A DNA stretch of 63,238 nt, filler included, from Octopus bimaculoides (GCF_001194135.2; 6 parts of 4 records of this genome joined end to end with filler, not necessarily neighbours in it), one strand, 5' to 3'; shown: positions 36,616 to 50,360, numbered from the whole stretch's first letter. Notes: a model not told the origin generated them from the sequence alone. Program-made: numbers and translations.

Positions 36616-36660
36616 CGAACGTATCCGGATTTCAGGGTTATTTCCCTTCGTCGGCGTTCG
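36616..36660 (-). ncRNA. Minimal type-I hammerhead ribozyme (U4C variant)
   Basis: cgaacg-CCGACGA-aggg(aaataa)ccct-GAA-ATCCGGAT-A-cgttcg: 6-bp stem I, 4-bp stem II, palindromic stem III and an NUH site. Confidence 0.75.
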
Positions 36661-36989
36661 ACAGCTGATGACCTTGGTGAGAGAGACAAAAACCTGGCAA
36701 ACCTTATATCTTCTTTTCCAGTGAAATTNNNNNNNNNNNNNNNNNNNNNNNNNNNNNNNNNNNNNNNNNNNNTTAATTAATTAANNNNNNNNNNNNNNNN
36801 NNNNNNNNNNNNNNNNNNNNNNNNNNNNTATTAAATTTTAAGATCAATTCTTCAGCTTAAGCAATTAACTCTTTATGTGTTAATGGCTTAACGGTTCTTT
36901 TTCAAATTATGCACTATTTAATGCTTTTTAACATCTTCCTTGTTATCAGTCATTGGACAGTAGCCATGCTGGGGCACCACCTTTAGTTG

Positions 36990-37025
<36 letters not shown>

Positions 37026-38314
37026 GGAGTAAGCGCATAAATGTGCAACAAGGTGGAAAAAAGAGTACTCAAATACCAGAGGTAGAGTAATATGCTTTAT
37101 TTAAAAGCAGTAGAAATATAACAAAAAACTGTTACTCGGAGTTTCACGTTCCCGTTCATTGGACAGTTTCTTACCACACAACCATGCCTGCACCTATTAA
37201 GAATTATGAAATTACACATCATGAATTACACTATATGAATTACACAACCACTCATCTTATCAGACATTATGGACAAATGTTCAAAACACCAGATAAAATT
37301 TCAGCCCCATGTGATTTTTGTAAGAAAAACGTATGGATTTCCAAAACTGATATCACGTAAGACTAATTTAATTTAATTCATTTGAATTAACTTTCTCTTT
37401 TGCTTCAACTAAATTGGTTTTTTAACTGGTAGCATATTTTGATAAAAATGTTAAGACTTCCTTTTTTTTTACATTCATGATAATGTTATCGAAACATTTT
37501 CTACTTATCGTTTTTAATATAAATCTACTTGTGTGAAACCTCTTAACCTTTTCAATATAATATGTGTGTGCCTGTATGCGTGAGAGTATTTATGTATGCC
37601 TGTATGAATATACATATAAAAATGCATATGCATATATATACATATATACATACATGTATGTATGTATANNNNNNNNNNNNNNNNNNNNNNNNNNNNNNNN
37701 NNNNNNNNNNNNNNNNNNNNNNNNNNNNNNNNNNNNNNNNNNNNNNNNNNNNNNNNNNNNNNNNNNNNNNNNNNNNNNNNNNNNNNNNNNNNNNNNNNNN
37801 NNNNNNNNNNNNNNNNNNNNNNNNNNNNNNNNNNNNNNNNNNNNNNNNNNNNNNNNNNNNNNNNNNNNNNNNNNNNNNNNNNNNNNNNNNNNNNNNNNNN
37901 NNNNNNNNNNNNNNNNNNNNNNNNNNNNNNNNNNNNNNNNNNNNNNNNNNNNNNNNNNNNNNNNNNNNNNNNNNNNNNNNNNNNNNNNNNNNNNNNNNNN
38001 NNNNNNNNNNNNNNNNNNNNNNNNNNNNNNNNNNNNNNNNNNNNNNNNNNNNNNNNNNNNNNNNNNNNNNNNNNNNNNNNNNNNNNNNNNNNNNNNNNNN
38101 NNNNNNNNNNNNNNNNNNNNNNNNNNNNNNNNNNNNNNNNNNNNNNNNNNNNNNNNNNNNNNNNNNNNNNNNNNNNNNNNNNNNNNNNNNNNNNNNNNNN
38201 NNNNNNNNNNNNNNNNNNNNNNNNNNNNNNNNNNNNNNNNNNNNTCTTATATATATACACACACATATATATATATGGTGAGTTTAATTGTGTCAGTTGC
38301 ACAAAAAATGCACC

Positions 38315-38480
38315 CAGTACACTATAAAGTGGTTGGCATTAGGAAGGGCATCCAGCTGTAGACACCTTGCCAAAGCAGACACTGGAGTATGATGCTGTCC
38401 TTAACTCACTGGATTCTTGTCAAACCATCTAACCCATGCCAGTATGAAAAATGGATGTTAAATGATGATGATGATGACGA
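38315..38480 (+). mobile_element. SINE/RTE-tail family (e) with (GAT)n tail
   Basis: GGTTGGCATTAGGAAGGGCATCCAGCTGTAG...CCAACCCATGCCAG block, also at 39350-39490(-), 40885-41040, 42145-42370 and 44715-44860(-). Confidence 0.75.
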
Positions 38481-39126
38481 CGATGACGATGACGATGACG
38501 ACGACGACGACAACGATGACAATGATGATGATGATGATGATATATACCATTAATAGAAGTTATTTTTCAGCAAAACTAAAATGAAGACTAGAAAAAAAAA
38601 AATGAATGAAGAACAAAGAACAAATAAAAAGAAAGAAAGAAAAGAAATTGAGGCCAAAATGAACGAAAGTGGAAAAGAATTCTTGCATGAAATTTATTGC
38701 AGATATTTATTTACCATGCAAATTATATTTAATTGTGATGTCTTGTAGCTAATTAAAAATGTTTGGCTTAAATAATCTCAAAGAAGATATTTTTTTTCTT
38801 TTCTCTCCATATAAATGAAAACACACAAGTAATTCACAAGTTTTTTCAACCAGAACACCTTTTCACAGTTGAATTCATTGATGTATTTGTTAAGATAATG
38901 AATAGTTCATTAAAAATTAGAAAAGTTTTCCAACTTTGAAACAATCTAATTCAAATAATAACTTTGACGATTTTGCTGAAGGGAAAACTTTGAAGAATAC
39001 AGACATACACACATACAAAAGTCATGCATAATCATACCATACATATATAAATATTTATGGCTGTCATAGCTATAATGACTATGTGTGTGCTCATGCACGT
39101 GTGTGTGTGTATGTGTGTGTGTGTGT

Positions 39127-39182
<56 letters not shown>

Positions 39183-39345
39183 TATTATCATTATTATCGT
39201 CGTCATCATCATCATCATCATCATCATTATCGTCATCATCATCCTCCTCCTCATCATCATCATCGTCATGGTCGTTATCCTCATCATCAATATTGTTGTC
39301 ATCGTCATCATCATCATTATCATCATCATCATTACCACCATCATC
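39127..39345. repeat. (CAT)n microsatellite
   Basis: Direct reading. Confidence 0.95.
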
Positions 39346-39689
39346 GTTGTTTAAAGTCCATTCTCCATGTTGGCATGGGTCGGACAGTTTGGCAGGAATT
39401 GGTCAGCCAGAGAGCTGCCCAGGCTCCATGTGTCTGTTTTCAAGCATGGTTTCTACATCTGGATGCCCTTCTTAAATGCCAACCACTTTACAGAGTGAAC
39501 TGCTTGCTCTTACATGGTGTGGCAACAGCAAAAGTGCTTGTGTGTGGCACCAACACAGGCACTTCCACATGGCACCAGCACAGGCACTTCTATGTGCTTA
39601 TATGTGGCACTGACATGGGCACTTCTATATGACACTAGCACAAATGCTTTTTCATGGCACAAGCTGAGAGAGGGATGTAGAAGACATGC

Positions 39690-40440
39690 CTGTACGCATG
39701 GACATCCATGTTTTTACTTAGCTCGACATGTTGCCTTAAGCTTAGCTAACAGCCAGAAGTCTCAGTCCCTTGTCATCTCCTCTGTCAAGCCCAATGCCTG
39801 AAGTTCCTTTCTCACCACTTCATTCCACATTTTTCTGCGCTACCTCTTCCATATGTTCCCTCCATAATTAGGGATTAGCACTTATTGATGCAGCTGTCCT
39901 CATCCATGACCATACCAACACGATCTTCTCTCTTGCATACTACATCTGATGCCTTGTATACCTATTTTTCTCTCTCAAATCACTTACACTGTTGTACATG
40001 AACACTGACATTCCCCATCTAGCAGAGCATGCTGGTTTTATTTATTTCAAGCTTTCACAAGTCCTCTGTAGTCACAGCCCATGTCTCACTGCTGTGTAAC
40101 ATAGATGTTTGTACACAGGCATCATACAACTGGCCTTCCACTCTGAGGGAGAAACACTTCATTACCAACAAAGGCAGCAGCTCTCTGGACTTTGGTCAGC
40201 TCATTCTATTTCTAGTAGCTACACTTTCAGAACTAACTACTCCATTGTTAACTTGGTCACCCAAGTAACAGAAGCTGTCTACCATTTCTAAGGATATCCC
40301 TGGACATTTGAGGGAGTCTATTTTTGGTACGTACCTAGTGTTTAAAGCACATTCACATTTGTGACATATAAAAATTACTTGCTCTGTTAACCTTCCTGTG
40401 ATACAGCTGCACCTCTTATGCATCAATACCTTGCACTGGG
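39690..40440 (-). mobile_element. RTE-clade LINE 3' fragment
   Basis: EMVDSFCYLGDQV, RRSCWYGH and RRKMWNEVVRKELQALGLTEEMTRD. Confidence 0.8.
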
Positions 40441-40464
40441 TATATGTGTGTGTATGTTTATATA

Positions 40465-40870
40465 CTCTTTTACTTGTTTCAGTCATTTGACTGTGGCCAT
40501 GCTGGAGCACCACCTTTAGTCGAGCAAATCGATCCCAGGACTTATTCTTTGTAAGCCTAGTACTTATTCTATTGGCCTTTTTTGCCGAATCGCTAAGTTA
40601 TAGGGATCTAAACACACCAGCATTGGTTGTCAAGCGATGTAGGGCAGGACAAACACAGACACACAAACATACACACACACATATATATATATATACATAT
40701 ACATATATACGAAGGGCATCTTTCAGTTTCCGTCTGCCAAATCAACTCACAAGGCTTTGGTCGACCTGAGGCTATAGTAAAAGACACTTGCCCAAGGTAC
40801 CACACAGTGGGACTGAACCCGGAACCATGTGGTTGGTAAGCAAGCTACTTACCACTCAGCCACTCCTACA
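40465..40870 (-). mobile_element. Composite SINE (head b, microsatellite, tail c), ungapped copy
   Basis: Head 40700-40870 with A/B-box-like motifs, (TA/CA)n core, tail 40465-40670. Confidence 0.85.
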
Positions 40871-41125
40871 CCTATAAAAAACACACAGTATACTCTGTAA
40901 ACTGGCTGGCATTAGGAGAGGCATCCAACTGTAGAAACCAAGTCAAAACAGACAATGGAACCTGGTGCAGGCTTGCTAAATCTTGTCAAGCTATCCAACC
41001 CATACCAGCATGGAGAATGGACGTTAAATGATGATAATGATATGTATATGCATATACACTCACACATAAATCTGAAAGAAGAAGCACACTCTAAGATATA
41101 GAAAAGTATGTATTAAAAATGGGCA

Positions 41126-41261
41126 AGGCTGGTTTATGGGATTACCTTAGATTTTCCATCCATAAAAGGTTTAGCTTTATGGCGTATCGTCAGATCTCAA
41201 AACCTGTTGGCTATAAACTCTTTATGGACAGGAAACCTAAGGAAATCCTATAAACCAGCCT
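41126..41261. repeat. Imperfect ~45-bp terminal inverted repeat element (MITE-like)
   Basis: AGGCTGGTTTATGGGATTACCTTAGATTTTCCATCCATAAA versus TTTATGGACAGGAAACCTAAGGAAATCCTATAAACCAGCCT. Confidence 0.75.
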
Positions 41262-41263
41262 CC

Positions 41264-41332
<69 letters not shown>

Positions 41333-42878
41333 ATGTATGTATAAGGTTGTGGATTTTTTTTGTATCAAAGTACGATAAACTGAAAAAAGTTCTTTTTATA
41401 TTTTATGATAAGTAACCAGGGTTGCCAGATATGCAAATAAGAATGCAAAGGTTAAGGAATGGAGTAGATAAGATCTGAGTTACATATGTTTCATAGTGAG
41501 TGGAACCTCAGAAGTGGTAGATATCCAGATGAGGTGTATACCGCAGGCTACTCGTCAGGCCAAAGATATCTTCCCGATGTTTAAATATTTATTAAGTCTT
41601 CCTTGAGAAAAACAACCCAAATGTCAATACTTTACTCAATTGAAAAATCATTTAATATAACATTTTTCTGAATACAAAAATAGATGTAAAGTTAATAACT
41701 TTCTAATTCCCTTAAAGATACTTTGCATTTAATCTGAATATATTTCATCTTAAAGGTAGCATTTTAAATGGACAGACAATTTATATTTACATTCTTATTA
41801 TTTTACTGTCTGCAAAGCAACAGATATTGAAACAATATCTTTGGTTTGTAATCAATTTAATTTAAATAAAAATAGACTTTGGCCAACATTATCAGTTCCT
41901 TCATGAAGCCCTTGGTACTGAGTTCTTTCTAGGTCTTACTCTGTGACAGATACTTTCGATTGTCAACAGATACCACTTTATCACCCAGAACTCATCTCAT
42001 GTCCATACCAGAGCATTTGTATCTCCGACGTACATATTTACCTATTTTCACATTTCTTCACTTTTTCATCTGTTATATTTCATATTCAATGTTAATATAC
42101 AAAAATTAGTTCTCACCTGATTTCATGTTAGCCACATTCAGTATTAAGGCACCATTTGAGCATGGTTGATGCCAGTGCCCCTTGACTGACCTCCTTGCCG
42201 GAGGCACATAAAAAGCACCCACTACACTCTCGTAGTGGTTAGCGTTAGGAAGGGCGTCCAGCTGTAGAAACCTTACCAGATCAGACTAGAACCTGGTGCA
42301 GCCTCCTGGCTTGCCAGTCCTCAGTCACACCATCCAACCCATGCCAGCATGGAAAGCAGACGTTAAACAAGTGAATGAACAAGACAGATGGCTGGCAAAT
42401 TCATTAGAACATCTTTATGTTCTGAGTTCAAGTTCCACCAAGATCAATTTTGATTTTAATCCTTTTATGGTCAATGAAATAAGTACCAGGTGAGCACTGA
42501 GGGTGATAAAATCAACCGGCCCCCTTTCCCAAAATTTCAGGCTTTGTTCTTATAGTTGAAGGAAATATTATTGTTTCATAACTATGTAATAGCATACTCT
42601 ATTACTATATTATTACATGTTATTCATGTAGTTTGACTTTAAGGTAAATAATTTGTTACCTAAACAGGTAACAGCACATTGAGCTTCTTCCTTACTTAAG
42701 ATAACATATTTTCAATAACATCTCTCATCCAATACCAATGAAATCCCAAAGTATCAGAAACTAGCTTACCATCTTTAGAGAGCCATCTGAGTAGTTCTTG
42801 GATTTTGCTTCATAAGTGTTCCTCTTTGTCTTTTAAAATGCATCAAAAAAGAACTAACAATGCCCATGGTATTTGTAG

Positions 42879-42943
42879 GCTCTTCTAGAAAGGGCAGAGC
42901 AATTGATGCTTTATTTCGAACTTTGTTTGTCAACATCTACAAG
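42879..42943 (+). CDS. Candidate exon (ALLERAEQLMLYFELCLSTST)
   Basis: Acceptor ggtatttgtag, donor AAG|gtaacc. Phase 0 to 2 would join 46756. Weak support. Confidence 0.2.
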
Positions 42944-43064
42944 GTAACCACAAGCAGGGTGGGAATCCTGAAAATTGAATTCCTGGAGAAAATTGAGTGG
43001 CAAAACTTTTCAATATAGGAATTCGGGGTTGTGGGGTAACTGAGAAGGGCTGGTTAGATGAGTA

Positions 43065-43100
<36 letters not shown>

Positions 43101-43153
43101 TATTTATCTATATTTATATATATATATCTACATATATATATATTTATATATAT

Positions 43154-43206
<53 letters not shown>

Positions 43207-43984
43207 TATTTATCTATATTTNNNNNNNNNNNNNNNNNNNNNNNNNNNNNNNNNNNNNNNNNNNNNNNNNNNNNNNNNNNNNNNNNNNNNNNNNNNNNNN
43301 NNNNNNNNNNNNNNNNNNNNNNNNNNNNNNNNNNNNNNNNNNNNNNNNNNNNNNNNNNNNNNNNNNNNNNNNNNNNNNNNNNNNNNNNNNNNNNNNNNNN
43401 NNNNNNNNNNNNNNNNNNNNNNNNNNNNNNNNNNNNNNNNNNNNNNNNNNNNNNNNNNNNNNNNNNNNNNNNNNNNNNNNNNNNNNNNNNNNNNNNNNNN
43501 NNNNNNNNNNNNNNNNNNNNNNNNNNNNNNNNNNNNNNNNNNNNNNNNNNNNNNNNNNNNNNNNNNNNNNNNNNNNNNNNNNNNNNNNNNNNNNNNNNNN
43601 NNNNNNNNNNNNNNNNNNNNNNNNNNNNNNNNNNNNNNNNNNNNNNNNNNNNNNNNNNNNNNNNNNNNNNNNNNNNNNNNNNNNNNNNNNNNNNNNNNNN
43701 NNNNNNNNNNNNNNNNNNNNNNNNNNNNNNNNNNNNNNNNNNNNNNNNNNNNNNNNNNNNNNNNNNNNNNNNNNNNNNNNNNNNNNNNNNNNNNNNNNNN
43801 NNNNNNNNNNNNNNNNNNNNNNNNNNNNNNNNNNNNNNNNNNNNNNNNNNNNNNNNNNNNNNNNNNNNNNNNNNNNNNNNNNNNNNNNNNNNNNNNNNNN
43901 NNNNNNNNNNNNNNNNNNNNNNNNNNNNNNNNNNNNNNNNNNNNNNNNNNNNNNNNNNNNNNNNNNNNNNNNNNNNNNNNNNNN

Positions 43985-44215
43985 TGACATTACACATCCA
44001 ACGGAGCATACTGGCTTCATTCCTTGCGAGTTTACGTATGTCCTCAGCAGTTACAGCCCATGTTTCACTGCCATGTAGCATGGTTGTTCGTACGCATGCG
44101 TCATACAGTCTGCCTTTTACTCTGAGTGAGAGTCCCTTTGTCGCCAGCAGGGGTAAGAGCTCTCTAAACTTTGCCCAGGCTATTCTTATTCTAGCAGCTA
44201 CACTTTCAGCTACAT
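43985..44215 (-). mobile_element. RTE-clade LINE fragment
   Basis: AMLHGSETWAVTAEDIRKLARNEASMLRWMCNV. Confidence 0.9.
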
Positions 44216-44295
44216 ATATATATATTTATATATATACACACACATATATATATATATATATATGCATATATACATATATACATATATACACACAC

Positions 44296-44338
<43 letters not shown>

Positions 44339-44681
44339 GCAATGTTTACCGTCACGTACACATGGGTGTTTTATAAGAAGAGATGATATTACTATTTTAA
44401 CCCCAGCAGGATTCCTCCTCCAGCTGGTTTTTTAGTGCACTTCAAACTCAATATATAGTGCAAGCAGGGAGAGAACTCCCTATTATTCTAGATTGGAGAC
44501 CACCAGACCTTGTGGTTTCAACCTCATTTTTGGTCATTCTCAGTGATGGCTATTCGTCTGCTAGACAAAACACTATATAGAAAAAAACCTGCAACATATA
44601 GAAAAACAGTATCACAGAGCCACTGGTTTTGCAAGTAGCAAACTAGTTCATTAAGAAAATCTCTATTAGAAATGAAAGCAG

Positions 44682-44716
<35 letters not shown>

Positions 44717-45202
44717 CTACTTTCCATGCTGGCATAGGTTGGACAGTTTGACAGGAGCTGACCAGCTGAAGGGCTGTTCCTGCTCCATGTATGTTTTGGC
44801 ATGGTTTCTATGACTGGATACCCTTTCTAACACCAACCACTTTACAGAATATATTGGGTGCTTTTACACAGCACCAGTATGGATGCATTTTATGTGGCAC
44901 CAGCATCTACAAGACCACGAGTTTAGGAATGCTCAGCTGGAGAGGGTTACAGGCAGTGAACCTGTATGCAAGGACTATCATGCTTTTACTTAGCTTGACA
45001 TGTCTTTTCAAGCATAGCAAACTGCCAGGAGCCTCGATCCTCTGTCATGCAAAATATCTGTCATCCCCTCTGTGAGCCCCAACATCTGTAGATTTTTTCT
45101 CACTACTTTGTCCCATGTCTTCCTGAGTCTACTACTCCTTTCACATGTTCCCTCTACAATTAGAAATGCAACTTTTGATGCAACTGTCTTAGTTCATATT
45201 AT

Positions 45203-45258
<56 letters not shown>

Positions 45259-45375
45259 ATATATTTATATATATATNNNNNNNNNNNNNNNNNNNNNNNN
45301 NNNNNNNNNNNNNNNNNNNNTTAATTAATTAANNNNNNNNNNNNNNNNNNNNNNNNNNNNNNNNNNNNNNNNNNN

Positions 45376-45605
45376 NGAAGACCGTCGTATATATATGTAT
45401 ATGTTTGTGTGTCTGCGTTTGTCCTCCCACCATCGCTCGACAACCGATGTTGGTATGTTTATGTCCCTGTAACCTAACGGTTTGGCAAAAGAAGCCAATA
45501 AAATAAGTAGTAGGCTTTCAAAGAATAAGTCCTGGGGTCGATTTGTTCGACAAAAAGGCGGTGTTCCAGCATGGCTGCAGTCAAATGACTGAAACAAATA
45601 AAAGA
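45376..45605 (+). mobile_element. Composite SINE tail (c) after a gap
   Basis: Ends CAGCATGGCTGCAGTCAAATGACTGAAACAAATAAAAGA. Confidence 0.8.
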
Positions 45606-46755
45606 ATATATATATATATATATATATATCCCAGTATTACCCTAGATATTAAATATACATGCGTAACGAACGCGACTACAGTGCAAATGCACATCAACAG
45701 TGTTCCACACCCATCATATACAGATACTGGTACTTCACAGCCCTCACATGAAGGAATTCTACATTATAAACCTCACATATATGTATCTGTGTGTGTGTGT
45801 GTGTGTGTAGATACATACATTATTCATCTATTTATCTATATACACATATATATACACGCACATACACACTCCTCTACACATCCAAACACTCCCTCCACTC
45901 TTACACCAGCAACAGTGACTGGCATTATGTTAAAAAAGAACGGTTATGTATCAGTTTACTGCATTAATGTAAATGTATATACTGCATTGTAGTTATAACA
46001 GGATGTGCAATACTATTTTCAACGCAGACTATGTATGTATGTATGTATGTATGTACCATTACAACGTGTAAATCAGAAGATTCGCCAACTGATTGATACA
46101 TTTGTTGTAGGATATAATATCAAACTACAAAACAAAGACGATGTTGTTACATAAATTTACTGAAGGTTCCGATCGTTTTGAATGGCTAGACAATTGCTGT
46201 ACATTGGTTTGCATGCATAATTGATCGATTAATTAATTAATTAATCAATTAATTAATTAGCTTTAGTCATTCTAATTAAACCCTAAATTTATTATGCTAG
46301 ATTTTCAGAGTTCCCAACAAGCATGACGGATGTGCGGTTTATAATTCAGAGTTATAAAGTCAATAACACACCATCCAGATAATTCCGTAGATGGAAGTTG
46401 TAAAAAACAAATAGAGAAAATATAGTCAAAATGCAAATACACAGATTATCCATGTATTTTGATTTTGTTTGTAACTATATCTATGGTTTTATTTTTGTCT
46501 GTAAACTGCTGGGAATGACATATCAGTGGGTATGTATTATGAAACTGAGTGTAACAGCAGGGGCATTTAACGAAGAACTTATTTAAACAATCACCCGAGG
46601 AAGTGCAATTTACACCTTGGATGTAAACAACGATTGCACATCTCACCTATAAACTACATGTATAAGATTGTGTCGAAACAAATTGTAGTAATTTTAAATA
46701 AAGAATGTCGCCAATTCTGTTTTCTTTCATTTGTTTATTTATATAAAATCTACAG

Positions 46756-46822
46756 ATACTATGAAATTCCTGATGTATATCCAGGAGCAGGGGCACTTCC
46801 ACTGTATGATGACAACAGATAG
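46756..46822 (+). CDS. Candidate terminal coding exon (YYEIPDVYPGAGALPLYDDNR*)
   Basis: Long pyrimidine-rich acceptor ttctgttttctttcatttgtttattt...tctacag, phase-2 start, GC-richer coding-like sequence, TAG at 46820-46822. Confidence 0.45.
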
Positions 46823-48908
46823 CCAATAAGTGTGGACAAGCTTTGCATAACATTCTACAAGGTTTTAACCTGAATCTTACTAATATATACATATTTGTGT
46901 GTGTGAGTGTGTGTGCGTGCGAGCGTATATATGTGCGTGTGCGCGCGCTTGTATATGTGTATGTGTGTATGGTTCGAAAGAGTCAGGTTCCTCCCGCTGT
47001 CATTTTGTCATTTATTCAACCATAATATAAATAGTATGACATAGTAAAAGTGTCCTTATATATATTCAAGACTAGCATTTTATAATAAGCAAGGACAATA
47101 GGATTGGTGGTTGTTGTTGTTGTTGTTGTTGTTGCTTAGCCCCATGACGGCCTTAACTGACCAAATATATGATCATAAGTGTTTCTACCGACCCTCGCAA
47201 CTTTCATCTAGACCCAAAATGTCTCAGACTCCAGTGTTTTTATTTTAAATGCTAGTGCAGCGCATTGAGTGAGGTTTTGGCTGCTTTTTCTATCAGGAAA
47301 AACAATCATTGTTAATGTTGGCAATACTGCTAGCCTAAACTTTTGACCGTTCATTCCTGTCCGCTCTCAACAGTCAAAGAATAATATACGTTTTGTGTAT
47401 GCTGATTTTTGCAGTGTTGTGCCTTTAATATGGCTTCCATAATCAATCCTCTAGTTTTGTTAAGAATTCTGTATAATGCAGATGCAGCGGAATTGTGTCA
47501 TTGACCAGAAATATCACGAAACGATTTCACTCTTCATTAAATAGAGAAATATCCAAAAACTGAGTTTTCATACGTTTTTAAATGACTAAAATGAGTGTTC
47601 CACGATGTAATTTTGTTCAGATACAACGCAGTCTTAGACCAAGCCACTTGTCAAACAAGTACAACACCGAAATCTATATAACTAACTGTTTGCATTTTTA
47701 ATTATTCGTTTATTTTTATAGGATTGATGGCGCTTGATTCTTATCACATTTGCATGACAAAGTGTGATAGCTTTCTTGTTTGTAATTAAGTTTATTAAAT
47801 TCACAGATCATTTGCTGCATATTCACAGATTTGCAGGAATGTGGGTTGTCATTAATAAGGAAGTTTTCAATGTTAGTGTTTTCATGTCTGAGTGCAATAC
47901 ATTTTGTTTTGCTCTATAACCTTTTGATAAAATATTCATATAGTGTCATGGCAAGATTGTATTTGTTCAAGTAACATACTTTATTTGTCGTTTCTTTATT
48001 TCAATAGGTCTTGTGTCGAATTTATTTGCTGCGTTGTTCTGTGGCTGGGTCCGTTAATTTGTTTCTATACTTGTTTGTTGAATAGTGTCTATAGATCTCT
48101 TTGCATGGCATTTCGTTTGCGGAGGAGGATTTGAACTTTCTTCAAAGCAGTAATTTCTCCATTGGCGTTTTATATCTGAGTATTTAAAATACCAATGAAC
48201 TTATACTAACTCCATTTGTAAGTCTTTAGTATAATCCTATACGGTGTATCTCATTTTTATCTTAATATTTATATCTTGAAATTACAATTTTTAATTATAC
48301 TATTCAACATATTAAATATTTTGACAGAGTTGTTCTGAAGGCCACCCTTTAAAATCTCGAAATGTACACTATATGTTTATTTTGCAGCATCACGATTTTT
48401 TCTATTGTGACAGCGTCTCAAATAATTTCTATTAAATTTTCTCAACAAACATAGCATAGCTTATTTATTCATTAGAATATGAAGCGATTCCATTGCAACT
48501 TAGGTCTCTCTACTTTCGTTCACATACATGTAATATGGAACGAAAGTGGGTTTGAAAAATGGAAACGAGAAACCCAAAGAAGTGATCGAGTGAAGTCTAA
48601 GCTTTGAATAAAAGAATACACACATCACGCGCGCGCGTGTGTAAACACGACCACTCAGTTACGGAGCCTTGTACCCAAGAAAATCTTAGCGTAAGGTAGA
48701 GTTTTGTAATGCGAATCCTATTTTATCATTGACTTCCAGACTATATAAAGGTCAATGAAGGTATTTCGATTGATAGAACGCTACGTTACAAGATTTTCAT
48801 GGATGCAACACTTTTGCAACGTTGGCGATACCTCTATTTAAGAAAGAGAAACAAAAGTATCAAAAGCAGCGACAAAGTGAAGCTGAAATTTCATGTGCGT
48901 GTGCGTGC

Positions 48909-48943
<35 letters not shown>

Positions 48944-48959
48944 ATTATTCAAATTCTTC

Positions 48960-49300
48960 ATCTGAAGAAGGAGCTGGTTTCTAACAAAGATACAAAGCTC
49001 AATCTTTGGAATGTAGATAACGAAAACAATGTGACATTTTGAACTTGAGAAAAGTCTTGCATAGCTTTACTATTCCACTTGCAGATTGTATTTTGTAATG
49101 TGCGAATCAGTTGGTTGATTTCATTTTCTGAAAATCCAAGCTTATCCAGACTGAGAGTTAGGCATTTACTTACAAAACCAAGTGCTCCAGTTATTATTGG
49201 CATAAATGTAAATTTGTAATCCAAATATAGCAGCTGGCAGTTTTGAAGCAGTTGTCTATAGTTGTCTTCTTTCTCTTTGATTTTCATGGATGTCATTATT
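48960..49300 (-). mobile_element. RLE-type LINE 3' fragment
   Basis: YKFTFMPIITGALGFVSKCL..SLDKLGF...LIRTLQ. Confidence 0.75.
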
Positions 49301-49767
49301 CAGTTTTATTTCAAGATTTTTTGCCAATAGAGAAAGAGTCGGTTTCTAACCTAGATACAAGAATTCTTCATTAGAATTTCAACATGAACATTTTTCTATG
49401 TATGTATATATGTATATATGCAAATTTATATGTTCTGTTTTATGTGTGTATTCTCATGCATATAGTTGCATGTCTAGACATGCTCATATATACTTAAATG
49501 ATAAACTTCTGGAAAGTTTTACAAATTTTTAGAATTCCAGTGATGGCTTTGATCTGTAGTCTTCGACTCAGCTTTCTTCTTTCTGGTTTTGAGAAGCCTA
49601 ATTTCTCAAAATTAGTATTTAGGCAGTGTGTTACATATCCCAGTACCCAAAATCATTTTACTTAGAGTCAACTTAACACATTCCTTGTGCACGTCCTTTT
49701 GTTGTTTGTTTTCGTTAATTTTATTGTTCGTTTATTTGGTTTGACTATATACATACATGCATACATA

Positions 49768-49839
<72 letters not shown>

Positions 49840-50135
49840 AAGTCACACTATATGGATTCAAATAATCCGGTAGTACTCATGAAAAATCTCCTTAATGTAA
49901 CATTCTACAAAACATATAGCATATTTAGTACGATACAAGGGAAAAAGATAAAGAGTGTATTAAGTCATAAATGAATGAGAAATAGTTTGATGACATTACT
50001 TACAAGTCTGAAATTGCTTACATGTCTACATTAATGCAGACATGTAACTTATTTGTTATTAAATTATAATGTAAATTTTCTACATGTTCTTAAGTTACGA
50101 AGCAATTTGTTATGATATTTGAATTTTCTTATTGC

Positions 50136-50167
<32 letters not shown>

Positions 50168-50194
50168 CGCACACACACACACACGTACACAAAT

Positions 50195-50360
50195 ATGACA
50201 GGCTTCTTTCAGTTTCCGTCTACCAAATCCATTCACAAGTCTTTGGTCGGCTCGATATTATAAAGAAGACACCGGCCGATGGGCCCACGCAGTAGGAATG
50301 AACGCGGAACCATGTGTTTGGGAAACAAACTTCTTACCACATACTTACGCCTGCGCCCAT
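50195..50360 (-). mobile_element. SINE head family (b)
   Basis: CAGTTTCCGTCTACCAAATCCATTCACAAG...GGAACCATGTGTTTGG. Confidence 0.8.

Noticed and set aside
46446-46646. Cys-rich 66-aa minus ORF
   Set aside because: No recognisable motif, weak splice context and no supporting neighbours.
48512-48547. Possible pre-miRNA hairpin ACTTTCGTTC...GAACGAAAGT
   Set aside because: The stem is only about 14 bp; too short.
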